In this document: positions 27,262 through 37,102 of the stretch, piece by piece
Layout of the letters: every line of letters starts with the position of its first letter
How positions within the stretch are numbered: position 1 is the stretch's first letter
NCBI GenBank assembly: GCA_964614945.1
Contig: CAZTNW010000002.1
Coordinates: 43,959-107,958 of the forward strand
Direction of reading: 5' to 3'
Source of the DNA: an uncultured bacterium
GTDB lineage: Bacteria > Caldisericota > JANLFM01
DNA length: 64,000 nucleotides
The notes under the pieces: model-generated
What the model saw: only the letters and a program-made list of their open reading frames with translations
Told to the model about the DNA's origin: nothing
The model's database searches: none
Program-made: the position numbers and the translations under genes

Positions 27262-28995
27262 CTAACGCCATTTTCTGAGAGCATGATAGTCCGAGACCAT
27301 CTTATTGAGGTCCCCCTCCTGGAGTCCTTTCCCCGAATCCTTTAATTTTTCCCGATAAAATCTCGCAGGAAGCCGATCATCCTCGAGGCTGAGGCCCTCC
27401 CTCAGGTTAAATTTCCGGGCCTGATTGAGGACATTCAGGGCGATGGTCTGCAGGTCCGCCCGCGACAGATCCCATCCCGTCAGCGCGAGAATCATCGTTC
27501 TGTACTCAGGCCAGAGATAGATGTCGCGGAAGAAACGGCAGAGGATGAGTGTGTCCTGGATCGTGAGCCGGTCCTCCCAATCGATAAAAGCCTCGGCTTT
27601 CCTGTCAATATCCTCCGGATCGAGCATTCCGCTTATTTCTGCCTTATAGATCGTCGAGCGCAGGTGACAGGCGCCGCGATCTGAGGTGGCATAGGCCAGG
27701 GCCATCCCCTTGAGCACACGTGGTTCATATCCCGGGGGATCCAAGCCCTTGCTGTGAACGGCTAAATCATCGAGGCCCCAGTGAGAGCTGGCGAAAAGAA
27801 TTCCCTCCGCCAATACGGCACCGACGCCCTCTTTAGCGGCAATTTGCTCTATGAGTCGGGCGATCCCGTCTGCATCTCCGTATTCCAGCTTGATTCCGAT
27901 CTTCTTTCTCCTGCTCGCCTCGATCGTAAAGCCGGCTAGATTCCCCGTGGTAATAGTGTCGAGGCCCAATCGGTCACAAAGGTCATTCAGATAGAGGATC
28001 TCGCGAATGTCGTCGATCAGGCAAATTCCTCCAAAAGCATTGATTGTCTCGTATTCTGGGCCCTCGATTCTCAGCCCAGCGTGCCTGCCTTCCCTGACTT
28101 GAGAGAGCTTTCCACAGGCCAAAAAACATTTAGGGCAAGCGTGTGAGACTATATCGCATTGCTCATGCAGTGCGGTGGAATTGATTCTTTCCCAACGCTC
28201 GAACTTACCGCGTGACCAGTACTCAGTAGGAAAGGCCCCCAGCTGGTTGGTGAGATCAACCAGCATCGGGGTACCCAATTTCTGGTATGCGGTGGCTGTT
28301 GCGCTCCTCGTTCCCCTCAGGGCGGTTTTTCGATAGAGCTGATCTAGAATATCAGGGTGAGCTATCTCCTTTTTCCTGTCGCCCCAAAAAGCCAGGGCCT
28401 TAACCAGCTTGGAGCCGAGGACCGCTCCGGAGCCTCCTCGTCCGAGCGAGCGCCAATGATCATTTTCGATCAGGGCGAAGCGGACCTTATTCTCCCCCGC
28501 GGGTCCGATAACGGCTACTCCGACATCCCTCTTCCCGATTTCTCCACGCACGGTATCCTCTGAAGAATAAGTATCCTTTCCCCAGACGTGGTGAGCATCG
28601 TGAAATTTAACCTTTCCGGGGGAGATCTCCAGGTATATCGGCCGCTCCGCCTGGCCCCGAAGGAGTACAGCGTCATACCCGGTGCGGCTAAGAGGCTCGG
28701 CCACCGATCCTCCCGCATATGACTCCAGATAGATACCGGTTAAGGGGGACTTGGTGAAGACGCCATAACGAGAAGAGCCGAAGACCCTGGTATCCGTTGC
28801 CGGGCCAGAGGCAAAAATCATGACATTTTCTCCGGAAAATGGGTCCGTTCCAGCCTTTGTGTGCTCTAAAAGAAGGTATGAAGCCAAACCCTTGCCTCCT
28901 AAAAACCGGCGGAAAATTTCATCGGAAATGTTCCGCTCTTGCCAGTCCTGTTTATCTAAATCAATCTGCAGGACTTTGTTATGAAATCCTAACAT
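27262..28995 (-). CDS. aor: Aldehyde:ferredoxin oxidoreductase (W-pterin family)
   Basis: GGKGLA, KSPLTG, IGPAGEN, GRGGSGAVLGSK, C..C..AC, GPEYET, CDRLGLDTI, RGACHL. Confidence 0.93.
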   Translation of the reverse strand: MLGFHNKVLQIDLDKQDWQERNISDEIFRRFLGGKGLASYLLLEHTKAGTDPFSGENVMIFASGPATDTRVFGSSRYGVFTKSPLTGIYLESYAGGSVAEPLSRTGYDAVLLRGQAERPIYLEISPGKVKFHDAHHVWGKDTYSSEDTVRGEIGKRDVGVAVIGPAGENKVRFALIENDHWRSLGRGGSGAVLGSKLVKALAFWGDRKKEIAHPDILDQLYRKTALRGTRSATATAYQKLGTPMLVDLTNQLGAFPTEYWSRGKFERWERINSTALHEQCDIVSHACPKCFLACGKLSQVREGRHAGLRIEGPEYETINAFGGICLIDDIREILYLNDLCDRLGLDTITTGNLAGFTIEASRRKKIGIKLEYGDADGIARLIEQIAAKEGVGAVLAEGILFASSHWGLDDLAVHSKGLDPPGYEPRVLKGMALAYATSDRGACHLRSTIYKAEISGMLDPEDIDRKAEAFIDWEDRLTIQDTLILCRFFRDIYLWPEYRTMILALTGWDLSRADLQTIALNVLNQARKFNLREGLSLEDDRLPARFYREKLKDSGKGLQEGDLNKMVSDYHALRKWR

Positions 28996-29090
28996 TAAAC
29001 TCCTCTCCGGTAGATCCTGACTGTATTATGTCACCAAGCGCTTCTGCATCACAGCTTTTCCGTTTAAATGACCGAACCAGCGCCCTTTTG

Positions 29091-29096
29091 TATAAT
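29091..29096 (+). promoter_or_regulatory. -10 box TATAAT 6 nt upstream of the start codon (leaderless-type promoter)
   Basis: ttgTATAATtcaatcATG; weak -35 (atgacc) at 17-nt spacing. Confidence 0.55.
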
Positions 29097-29102
29097 TCAA
29101 TC

Positions 29103-29825
29103 ATGGAAGAGATGCTGAAACCTGAGGAGTTCTTCGATTTATCAGAGTGCCCCTTCGCCTCCCTCTTTGAGGGAGTGAATTTTGTCTGGGAAATCCTTCC
29201 CCGTATCCCCGGCTTTCTTCGGTCTTTCCTCCGCCCGCAAATCTTGGGCGAGGTGATGGAGGGGGCTTTCCTCTGGGGAAACGACATTTACATCGGGCCA
29301 GGCACCGTTGTTGAACCTGGCGCTTTGATTAAAGCGCCAGTTTACATCAGCGCAGAGTGCGAAATTCGACAAGGAGCCTATGTGCGGGGAAACGTTCTCG
29401 TAGGAAAGCGTAGCATTATCGGCCACGCCACTGAAATTAAAAATTCTATAGTGCTCAATCATGCCTCGGCGGCTCACTTCAATTATGTGGGCGATTCGAT
29501 TTTGGGCAATTATGTGAATCTGGGAGCTGGCACTCGCCTAGCAAATCTGAAAAACATGGATTCCGAGGTGATTATTCGCTACGGGGAGAGGGAATTCCCC
29601 ACCGGTCTGCGCAAATTTGGTGCAATCCTGGGTGACGGAGTCAAGACCGGCTGCAATGCCGTCTCAAACCCTGGCACGATTGTAGGCAGGGACACGATCA
29701 TTTACCCATGTTTATCCATCCGGGGGGTGATTCCGGCAGGGAGCATCTTGAAACAGAAGGAGCCTTATCTGATACAGATTCACACTAAGTCGAGGCCCTT
29801 AAAAACCGGACACAATTTGCCCTAA
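29103..29825 (+). CDS. Stand-alone hexapeptide-repeat (LbH) acetyltransferase resembling the GlmU C-terminal domain
   Basis: IRQGAYVRGN, GHATEIKNS, AHFNYVGDSILG, NLGAGT, KFGAILGD; no N-terminal uridyltransferase domain. Confidence 0.82.
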   Translation: MEEMLKPEEFFDLSECPFASLFEGVNFVWEILPRIPGFLRSFLRPQILGEVMEGAFLWGNDIYIGPGTVVEPGALIKAPVYISAECEIRQGAYVRGNVLVGKRSIIGHATEIKNSIVLNHASAAHFNYVGDSILGNYVNLGAGTRLANLKNMDSEVIIRYGEREFPTGLRKFGAILGDGVKTGCNAVSNPGTIVGRDTIIYPCLSIRGVIPAGSILKQKEPYLIQIHTKSRPLKTGHNLP

Positions 29826-29862
29826 AGAACCTCATCCCATAGAATCTGGAGGGGAAGCTTGG

Positions 29863-30273
29863 ATGGAGGGAAATGAGAGGACTCGAAGCCTCATCCTGGA
29901 AGCGGAAAAGCTGCTCGTCAGAATGAAGCAGCTCGAACCGCTCAAGCGCTGGGAGGAAATCTGCGGGTGCGCGCGCGAAGCCTGCGAGAAGATCCTGCTA
30001 AGCTACCTCCTGGCTGTCGGCTCCTCAGTCGGCGAGCATCGCTTCCTCACAACTTTGGGTTGTTGCGCCAGAGCATCGGAGCTGGACTTCGATTCCTTTC
30101 TTTTCGATCTGGAAAAATTGGACACCTATTTCTGGTTACAAGAAGACTTCCCTGAGTGCTACCGCAGGGGGAGGAGAAACCTTAAGCTCGCGCGCAGGGT
30201 CGCTAAATCAGCCATGTCCCTCACGGAGAATTTGTTGACCTTCGCGCGCGAAAAGCTCCGGGGGAATTTGTAA
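29863..30273 (+). CDS. HEPN-like domain protein
   Basis: All-helical; EEICGCAREACEKILLSYL resembles the HEPN 'ACF.AQQAAEK.LKA.L' segment. Confidence 0.55.
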   Translation: MEGNERTRSLILEAEKLLVRMKQLEPLKRWEEICGCAREACEKILLSYLLAVGSSVGEHRFLTTLGCCARASELDFDSFLFDLEKLDTYFWLQEDFPECYRRGRRNLKLARRVAKSAMSLTENLLTFAREKLRGNL

Positions 30274-31002
30274 ATGTGCCGGTTGTTGTTCGTCTCAGCC
30301 AAAACGAGAGTGGATCCGTCCTGGATTCACGCATTCCGCACCCTCAGCTTCCAGGGGAAAGTGCCAACCGGCTCCTCACGCGGCCACCTTGATGGCTGGG
30401 GTTTCGCCTGGTTCAAATCCTCTCGCGGTTGGGGGCTCAGGAAGGAGGCACATGATCCCAGATCTGCTTCCTTCCTGCAAGCAGCGGAGCGCCTGAATAT
30501 GGACGAGCCTAACCTGATCATCGCCCATCTTCGTAAGGCCTCCCCGGGCATAGGAGTCACAATCTGGAACACTCAACCTTTCGAGAGAAACGGTTGGATA
30601 TTTGTCCACAACGGCACTATCCAGAATCCCAGGCAGATCCCGCTCTCCAACTTAAGCCCGCGAGGAGACTCGGACAGTGAACGGCTCTTTCTTTTCTTGT
30701 TGGAAAAATTGGAAACGAGCGGGGCTGCTTTGACTATTGAACTCCTGGAGGAGGCCTTGGTGGAAATTGAGAACCTGTGCGCCTACTCCGCCCTCAATTT
30801 TATCCTGAGTGATGGTCGGACTACCGTCGCCTCTTGCCGTTTTTCTCATAGAAAAGAGGCGGAATATTACACCCTTTGGTTCCTCGAGGGAGAGGGTATC
30901 CGGGCAATATGCTCAGAGCCTATTCTCAAACTTTCCTGGAAACCATTGCAGAATAGAGCCCTTCTCTTTTGCACTGACGATCAGGCAATCCAGCTAAGAT
31001 AA
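30274..31002 (+). CDS. Class II glutamine amidotransferase (YafJ/EgtC-like)
   Basis: N-terminal MCRL nucleophile, DGWG, AHLRKAS, NTQPF, FVHNGTI, DSDSE. Confidence 0.88.
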   Translation: MCRLLFVSAKTRVDPSWIHAFRTLSFQGKVPTGSSRGHLDGWGFAWFKSSRGWGLRKEAHDPRSASFLQAAERLNMDEPNLIIAHLRKASPGIGVTIWNTQPFERNGWIFVHNGTIQNPRQIPLSNLSPRGDSDSERLFLFLLEKLETSGAALTIELLEEALVEIENLCAYSALNFILSDGRTTVASCRFSHRKEAEYYTLWFLEGEGIRAICSEPILKLSWKPLQNRALLFCTDDQAIQLR

Positions 31003-31330
31003 GGCGCTACTGTGACGATGTCCCCCGGCCAGCTCGATTGGGACGTGAGCGAGCAGCATACCTGTTCAGGCTGATCGACCCGCGGAGGAGATCGGCGTGA
31101 CGCTCACACCAGTTCAATGATGAAACCGGTCAAGTCCGCGACTGGGGTGTCCGGGGCCGGGACCATCCAGGGTCCGGCGCGGCCATTTTGCCTGCGCGAG
31201 ATATGTCCCAGGAGGGACGCCTGCGCGTATCGGGCCGAGAACGACCAGCCTGATTGATTCATAATGTTGATTCAACCATTTCAAACTCGACTGGACGCTG
31301 GATGATTTTCGCAGTTTCAGCGACAGAATA

Positions 31331-31585
31331 TCAATTTGCGAGATAGCTTTTTGCTATAACCGCCATCGATTCGCCAATCTCTATTATATGATGATCGGGA
31401 TCATAGGTCCGGACAACCCGCTGCTGCCAATCGTGTTTCTTGGGAGGAGGAACATATTCGATCTCCGAATTAGATTCCAACTTACGGATGAATTCGTCAA
31501 AGTCATCGACTTCAAAGTATAATTCCATGTTGTTGGATTTCTCGACAACGGTATTTTGCGGAAGACCGATAAGCCAGGCAAATGC
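31331..31585 (-). pseudogene. Glyoxalase/VOC family gene fragment lacking its 5' part
   Basis: In-frame FAWLIGLPQNTVVEKSNNMELYFEVDDFDEF...HDWQQRVVRTYDPDHHIIEIGESM; similarity ends near 31585 with no start. Confidence 0.65.
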
Positions 31586-31589
31586 TTGG

Positions 31590-31925
31590 CCTTGAAGTCC
31601 AATCCTGGGCTGCTGGAGTTGTGGAACAGGGTGTACGAGTCGACGTCCTTCTTCGTGGGCAAAGCCGACGATCTCACCCCCGTCATCCTGATGGATGCGA
31701 TGGACGGAGCATTCGGCAAGGGTCGGGATCCAGACGCGGTGAGCGAAGACAACCGCTTGGAGTCACTCGTAGAAGCGGCGCGGAAGTTGCCCGGCCCGAG
31801 GATCAAGATGAATCTGATGGGGATCCCGGCGGACTGCAATTCAGGTTTATGGGTCAGAGGTACATCGCTGATTCGGAAGTTCTCCAGAACCTGCCGAAGT
31901 GGCCGGAGCGCACGTTTCCCAAGGT
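31590..31925 (+). pseudogene. Frameshifted internal fragment of a DUF3160-like gene
   Basis: LWNRVYESTSFFVGKADDL...LPGPRI in one frame continues as FRFMGQRYIADSEVLQNL...RTFPK in another. Both resemble DUF3160 motifs as I recall them. Confidence 0.5.
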
Positions 31926-31982
31926 GGCGCCTTCCGAGATCAATGGACAAAGGTCGGTTACCATGCTCTCCTCCAGCATTTA

Positions 31983-32010
31983 TTGACAATTTATCACTTC
32001 TAACTATATA
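31983..32010 (+). promoter_or_regulatory. Sigma70-type promoter for the GNAT gene
   Basis: TTGACA-16 nt-TATATA, 8 nt before ATG 32019. Confidence 0.5.
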
Positions 32011-32018
32011 TAGAAGAA

Positions 32019-32708
32019 ATGGGCGACTTGCAGGCCCGGATAGTGAAATTCCTACGCCAGGACCCGGTAAGGAATTTTGAAGCTCTCTACCACGTTGAAC
32101 GCGGGGGGGAAGCACGTTTCTGGTATAGTAAGGATACCTTTCTGATCGAGCTGCCTGCAGCGCGCAAGGTCTTCCTAGATGGAGATCTGGATACCGCTCA
32201 GTGCCTCCTTTCCCATCTTTCTTTACCGGCTTACATCGTTCAGACCTCCTCCTGCTTGCTCCCCCTCCTGAAGAAGGATTTCTTCATCAAAGAAGTACAA
32301 CTGAACCTTGTCTATACGCTGGAAAAGGAGGATTTCCTCCTGATCCGGGATTCCCGTGTCCGCCCCCTGATCCCCCGGGGTTTTCCTATCTCCTACTCCG
32401 TGGGCGAAGAAAAAATATCGCTGGAGACCTTCTTTGGCCTTTTCGTCGGCGATTGCCTCGTCTCCTACGGAGGTACGCAATTCGAGACCGAAGAATGGGC
32501 AGAGATAGCTTGGCTCAAGACGGAAGACGCCTATAAAAGACGGGGCTACGGGAGCAAGGTGGTATCCGCTATCGTCGAGGACCTTCTCCGAGCGGGCAAG
32601 CGCCCGCTCTATCGGTCCACAGCCGAGAATATTGCCTCGCGGCGGTTAGCGGAAAAGCTAGGATTTCACCTCCACTCGGAGTATATCTACGTGAACCTGC
32701 GAAAGTAA
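32019..32708 (+). CDS. GNAT family N-acetyltransferase
   Basis: C-terminal AcCoA motif YKRRGYGS, NIASRRLAEKLGF. Confidence 0.85.
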   Translation: MGDLQARIVKFLRQDPVRNFEALYHVERGGEARFWYSKDTFLIELPAARKVFLDGDLDTAQCLLSHLSLPAYIVQTSSCLLPLLKKDFFIKEVQLNLVYTLEKEDFLLIRDSRVRPLIPRGFPISYSVGEEKISLETFFGLFVGDCLVSYGGTQFETEEWAEIAWLKTEDAYKRRGYGSKVVSAIVEDLLRAGKRPLYRSTAENIASRRLAEKLGFHLHSEYIYVNLRK

Positions 32709-32751
32709 AAGGGCTACCCGCTGATCATTGCGCTCTTTGCTCGTACACAAA

Positions 32752-32783
32752 AAAGACTCCCGGTATGAGTCCCGGGAGTCTTT
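32752..32783 (-). terminator. Intrinsic terminator of the cold-shock gene
   Basis: 12-bp stem aaagactcccgg/ccgggagtcttt with a T tract on the minus strand. Confidence 0.75.
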
Positions 32784-32810
32784 CATCCTAAAATCTAAAA
32801 GGCGAACCTT

Positions 32811-33011
32811 TTATATCTTAGTCACATTTTTCGCTTGCAGGCCCTTGGGCCCTTTAACTACTTCGAACTGCACTCGTTGTCCTTCGTCCAGCGTCTTAAA
32901 GCCATCATCTTGAATCTGAGCATAGTGGACGAAAACATCCTCACCACCATCGATCTCGATGAAGCCATAACCTTTCTGGGCGTTGAACCACTTGACTTTA
33001 CCTTCAGCCAC
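32811..33011 (-). CDS. Cold-shock protein (CspA family)
   Basis: GTG start 33011; [15 protein letters not shown] and DVFVHY (RNP1/RNP2). Confidence 0.95.
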   Translation of the reverse strand: MAEGKVKWFNAQKGYGFIEIDGGEDVFVHYAQIQDDGFKTLDEGQRVQFEVVKGPKGLQAKNVTKI

Positions 33012-33208
33012 GCGGTTTCTCCCTTCTACAAAATTCGTCCCCAGCTCGCTGGCTGAGAACGATTCAGGATGACAGATTCTTTGCAGGTTGTCAAGGCAGG
33101 AAAAGATAAGCACGCCCCAAGCAACTAATTTTCAATTACCTTCCTCTTGTTTTCTTCGTCTTCCTGTGCTAAAACTCTGGAAATTTATTCGCTGAGGGGT
33201 ACAAGGCG

Positions 33209-34537
33209 TTGCCAAGTAAAGAAGAAATAATCGCTACTTTGAAAAAGGAAAAAGCCCGTTTTGTCAGCCTCCAGTTCACCGATCTTCTGGGCATTATCAA
33301 AAACGTCACGCTGCCTGTAAGTCAATTTATCGAGGACTGCCTGGAGTTCGGAACCTGGTTTGACGGCTCCTCGATTGAGGGATTCGCCCGCATTGCGGAA
33401 AGTGATATGTTCCTGGTTCCCGACCTGCAGACTCTGGCCATCATTCCGTGGGATCGCGGCAATTTCACCACCACAGCGCGCTTTATCTGCGACGTGCATA
33501 CTCCTCAAGGGGAACCCTTTCCCGGGGATCCCCGCTTTATCCTGAGGAGGGCACTAAAGGAAGCAGAGGAAATGGGATTGATCTACCAAACAGGGCCGGA
33601 ATTGGAATTCTTCCTCTTCAAGTCCAATGGGGGAGACTCCTTCCCTGCAGAACCGCACGACCGGGCGGGATATTTCGACGTCTCCACCGACATGGCCACG
33701 CATATTCGGAGACAGATCGTGAATGCTCTGGCTTCCTTCGGCATCCAGGTGGAGGCCCACCACCATGAAGTAGCCATCGGGCAGCACGAAATCGACTTTC
33801 ACTACGCGGATGCCATGCAGACGGCGGATAATGTGATCTCCCTTCGCCTGACAGTAAAGGCTGTCGCCCAGCACAACGGTCTCTACGCGACCTTCATGCC
33901 CAAGCCGGTTTACGGCATCAATGGCTCGGGAATGCATGTTCATCAGAGCTTGGTTGACGCCTCCGGCAATAACCTTTTTGTCGACGACAGGGATCCCTAC
34001 GGACTCTCCGAACTGGCGAAAGCTTTTATCGCCGGGCAACTCCACCATGCCCAAGGCATGTGTGCCGTCCTCGCTCCTTTAGTGAATTCCTATAAACGCC
34101 TGGTCCAGGGATACGAGGCCCCTGTCTATATCTCCTGGGGATGCCGGAACCGTTCCGCTCTCATCCGTGTACCACGGCGTAATCCGCGCCGCACTGAGGC
34201 AACGAGGTTGGAACTGCGCTGCCCGGATCCATCCTGCAACCCCTACCTGGCTTTCGCGGTAATGTTGGCTTGCGGCCTCGATGGCATCAAGAGAAATCTG
34301 CCTCTGCCTCAACCTGCAGAAGAAGACCTTTATAACACAGTCAAGGACCCTCTTCTTCCTCACCTGCCAGGATCTTTGCGCGAAGCGCTCGAGGCTCTAG
34401 AAAAAGATCAGGTGGTGCAGGATGCCCTGGGGGAACACACCTACCATCGTTTCTTTGAGGCGAAGACGCAGGAATGGCAGGAATACAGAAGACAGGTAAC
34501 CCGCTGGGAACTCGATCGTTATCTGCCCGTCTTCTGA
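33209..34537 (+). CDS. glnA: Glutamine synthetase type I
   Basis: FDGSSIEGF, HHEVAIGQHEI, FMPKPVYGINGSGMHVHQS, NSYKRLV, NRSALIRVP, ELRCPDPSCNPYLA. Confidence 0.95.
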   Translation: MPSKEEIIATLKKEKARFVSLQFTDLLGIIKNVTLPVSQFIEDCLEFGTWFDGSSIEGFARIAESDMFLVPDLQTLAIIPWDRGNFTTTARFICDVHTPQGEPFPGDPRFILRRALKEAEEMGLIYQTGPELEFFLFKSNGGDSFPAEPHDRAGYFDVSTDMATHIRRQIVNALASFGIQVEAHHHEVAIGQHEIDFHYADAMQTADNVISLRLTVKAVAQHNGLYATFMPKPVYGINGSGMHVHQSLVDASGNNLFVDDRDPYGLSELAKAFIAGQLHHAQGMCAVLAPLVNSYKRLVQGYEAPVYISWGCRNRSALIRVPRRNPRRTEATRLELRCPDPSCNPYLAFAVMLACGLDGIKRNLPLPQPAEEDLYNTVKDPLLPHLPGSLREALEALEKDQVVQDALGEHTYHRFFEAKTQEWQEYRRQVTRWELDRYLPVF

Positions 34538-34632
34538 GTAAGTAACGCCTACTTCGATTGAGCAGTAACCTCTACTCCGTTAGGGACGCGCTTTTCTTTC
34601 GCCTCAGGGGATAAAGAGAAAGCTCCCAGAGC

Positions 34633-36915
34633 TCAGAATTTTGTCGCGCTTTCCTCCCTGCGTTTACGGAAGCCGCCGCGCTTTGAGTAAATGATGGAGG
34701 CAAAAATCACCAGCGCTCCCAGCACGATCGTCACGATTACCCCGGGATCGGAATTCTTGTACTGGATGAGAACCGGGGCCGCAAGGAGGGAGACCAGGTT
34801 GATCACCTTGATCATTGGGTTGAGCGCAGGTCCGGCAGTATCCTTGAGAGGGTCGCCGACGGTATCCCCTACCACTGAGGCTTTGTGGGGTTCGGAACCC
34901 TTACCTCCATAGAGACCATCCTCGATGGATTTCTTCGCATTGTCCCAGGCTCCTCCGGAATTTGCCATGAAGACGGCCAGAAGCTGTCCGGAGAGTATCA
35001 CACCGGCCAGAAATCCGCCCAGGGCTTCGACCTCAAGCAGCATGCCAATGACCAGGGGGGCAAGTACAGCAATTAGGGCCAGAGCGACCAGTTCCTTCTG
35101 CGCGGCGATGGTACAGATGTTAACAGCGCGGCCATAATCAGGACGAACTTTGCCCTCCATCAGGCCGGGGATACGGAATTGCCTTCTCACTTCATCCACA
35201 ATCAGGCAGGCCGCCCGCGCAACAGAGTTGATCGTCAAGGAGGAGAAAAGCCAAGGAATCGAGCCGCCAATTAACATACCGATAAAGACCCTCGGATCAG
35301 ATATGCGGATTCCAGTGTTGAGCAAGCGCAGGCTTTCCGCCAATCCCATCTGAGCCTGGACTTTTGTGATATCAGCCAGAAAAGAGCCGAAAAGGGAAAC
35401 CGCGGCAATCACGGCCGAGCCTATGGCCACCCCTTTCGTGATCGCTTTCGTCGTATTGCCCACGGCATCCATGTCGGCCAATATCTGGCGCGCCTCTGGC
35501 TCCATCCTGGTCATCTCTCCGATGCCGTTAGCGTTGTCTACGATCGGACCATAGGAATCCATGGCCACATTATTTCCGGTCAGGGTGAGCATCCCGATAC
35601 CGGTCATGGCCACCCCGTACAACACGAAGATCACGGGCTGCCCCCAGTAAATGATCACCGCGGCGAGGATGGTAAGGGCAATCACCACAATCTGCCAGAC
35701 GGAGGCCTCGAAACCAACCGCCAATCCTCGCAAAATCAGCGTGGCTGATCCTGTCCGGGAGGCTGAGGCGATATCCTTGACCGGCTTGTGATGGGTGTCG
35801 GTGAAATACTTCGTTATCTCATCAATCACAATGGCCAGCACGATGCCCACCCCGACGGAGAGAAACGCCCTCCACTCGTGCATATAGAAAACGGCTAGGA
35901 TAAGGAAAGAAACGATGGATATCCCGGCAGAGGTATAAAAGCCACGGTTAATCGAAGCCATGGCATTTCCGCGTTTTTCCTCTCTCCGCCCCCTCACGAG
36001 GTAAGTGCCGATGATAGAGGACAGGACTCCAATCCCGCGCACGAGCAGGGGGAAGACAATCCATTTCAATTCCTGGGTAATGGAGACGAGGGCAAGCCCA
36101 AGGATCAATCCGGAGACGATCGTGACCTCATAGGACTCGAAGATGTCTGCGGCCATTCCGGCGCAATCACCTACGTTGTCCCCAACCAGGTCTGCTACCA
36201 CTGCAGCATTGCGCGGGTCATCCTCAGGCACACCTGCTTCAACCTTCCCTACAAGGTCAGCCCCGACATCGGCCGCTTTGGTGTAAATCCCTCCACCCAC
36301 ACGCATGAATAGAGCGAGGAGTGTCCCGCCGAACCCGAAACCCAATAGGGCGTCGGGGGCGGCGATGCCAAAGATAATGAAGATGACCGTCCCTCCCAGC
36401 AGGCCGAGCCCGTCCGTAAGCATCCCGGTAATAGTGCCGGAGCGGTAAGCGATCTTGAGCGCTTCGGAAAAACTCCTGCGCGAGGCCGCCGCTACACGTA
36501 CGCTCCCCTGCACAGCCATCCGCATCCCGAACTGGCCAACGATGAGAGAGAAAAGAGCTCCCATAACGAAAGCTAAGGCCCTCCCCACTCCCACGATTAA
36601 TCGTACCTGATCAGGGGTGAAAGAGACAAACCGCTCGAGTGCCTCTTCGGTGGGGGGAACAACGTAGACGGAGAAAAAGAGCACCACCGTTAGAACGATT
36701 ATCAGAGGAAGTATGGTCTTGAGCTGCCTGCTTAAATAGGCATCAGCCCCCAGGCGGATGGCATCCCAGACCTCCTGCATTTTGGAGGTCCCTTTTTCCT
36801 TCCGCAAGATCTGCCTCCGAAGGAATAGGGCATAAGCCAACCCAAGAAAGGCGATAAAGAGAACGCTCCAGATGGCCACAATCTCAAAAGGGCTGGCATG
36901 AGTCAAACCTGCCAT
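34633..36915 (-). CDS. hppA: Membrane-bound H+-translocating pyrophosphatase, K+-independent type
   Basis: KAADVGADLVGKVE, DNVGDCAG, GNTTKA (Lys marks K+-independence), GDTVGDPLKDTAGP; likely ATG 36915. Confidence 0.94.
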   Translation of the reverse strand: MAGLTHASPFEIVAIWSVLFIAFLGLAYALFLRRQILRKEKGTSKMQEVWDAIRLGADAYLSRQLKTILPLIIVLTVVLFFSVYVVPPTEEALERFVSFTPDQVRLIVGVGRALAFVMGALFSLIVGQFGMRMAVQGSVRVAAASRRSFSEALKIAYRSGTITGMLTDGLGLLGGTVIFIIFGIAAPDALLGFGFGGTLLALFMRVGGGIYTKAADVGADLVGKVEAGVPEDDPRNAAVVADLVGDNVGDCAGMAADIFESYEVTIVSGLILGLALVSITQELKWIVFPLLVRGIGVLSSIIGTYLVRGRREEKRGNAMASINRGFYTSAGISIVSFLILAVFYMHEWRAFLSVGVGIVLAIVIDEITKYFTDTHHKPVKDIASASRTGSATLILRGLAVGFEASVWQIVVIALTILAAVIIYWGQPVIFVLYGVAMTGIGMLTLTGNNVAMDSYGPIVDNANGIGEMTRMEPEARQILADMDAVGNTTKAITKGVAIGSAVIAAVSLFGSFLADITKVQAQMGLAESLRLLNTGIRISDPRVFIGMLIGGSIPWLFSSLTINSVARAACLIVDEVRRQFRIPGLMEGKVRPDYGRAVNICTIAAQKELVALALIAVLAPLVIGMLLEVEALGGFLAGVILSGQLLAVFMANSGGAWDNAKKSIEDGLYGGKGSEPHKASVVGDTVGDPLKDTAGPALNPMIKVINLVSLLAAPVLIQYKNSDPGVIVTIVLGALVIFASIIYSKRGGFRKRREESATKF

Positions 36916-37102
36916 AATGATTTCATCCTTTCTTCCGAGTCTCGCACACAGAAGGTCAAGGGACATTCTACAAAAATTTGCCCCAGGAGTAAATGAAACC
37001 AGCTGGCGCACCAATTTGAGGAAAGGGTGGGATAGGAAGGGATTGAATATCGGGGGCTTTTTTTTGTTATGTTCTATGTAATACTGAGAGAGGCGGGAAC
37101 AA

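Noticed and set aside
28839-29102. N-terminal extension of the LbH acetyltransferase
   Set aside because: It overlaps the divergent aor gene; TATAAT at 29091 supports a start at 29103 or 29112.
30274-31002. Linking the EgtC-like amidotransferase with DUF917 as an ergothioneine pathway
   Set aside because: The genes are more than 15 kb apart, and no ergothionase, urocanate-hydratase-like or egtB/egtD genes are in the window.
31003-31040. GDIVTVAP on the minus strand resembling a PemK/MazF N-terminus
   Set aside because: Only eight residues, followed almost immediately by a stop, with no start or downstream toxin motifs.
31384-32115. 243-aa minus-strand ORF and 174-aa plus-strand ORF in the debris region taken as intact genes
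   Set aside because: They are chimeric read-throughs across fragment junctions; only parts resemble real proteins and the similarity switches frame.
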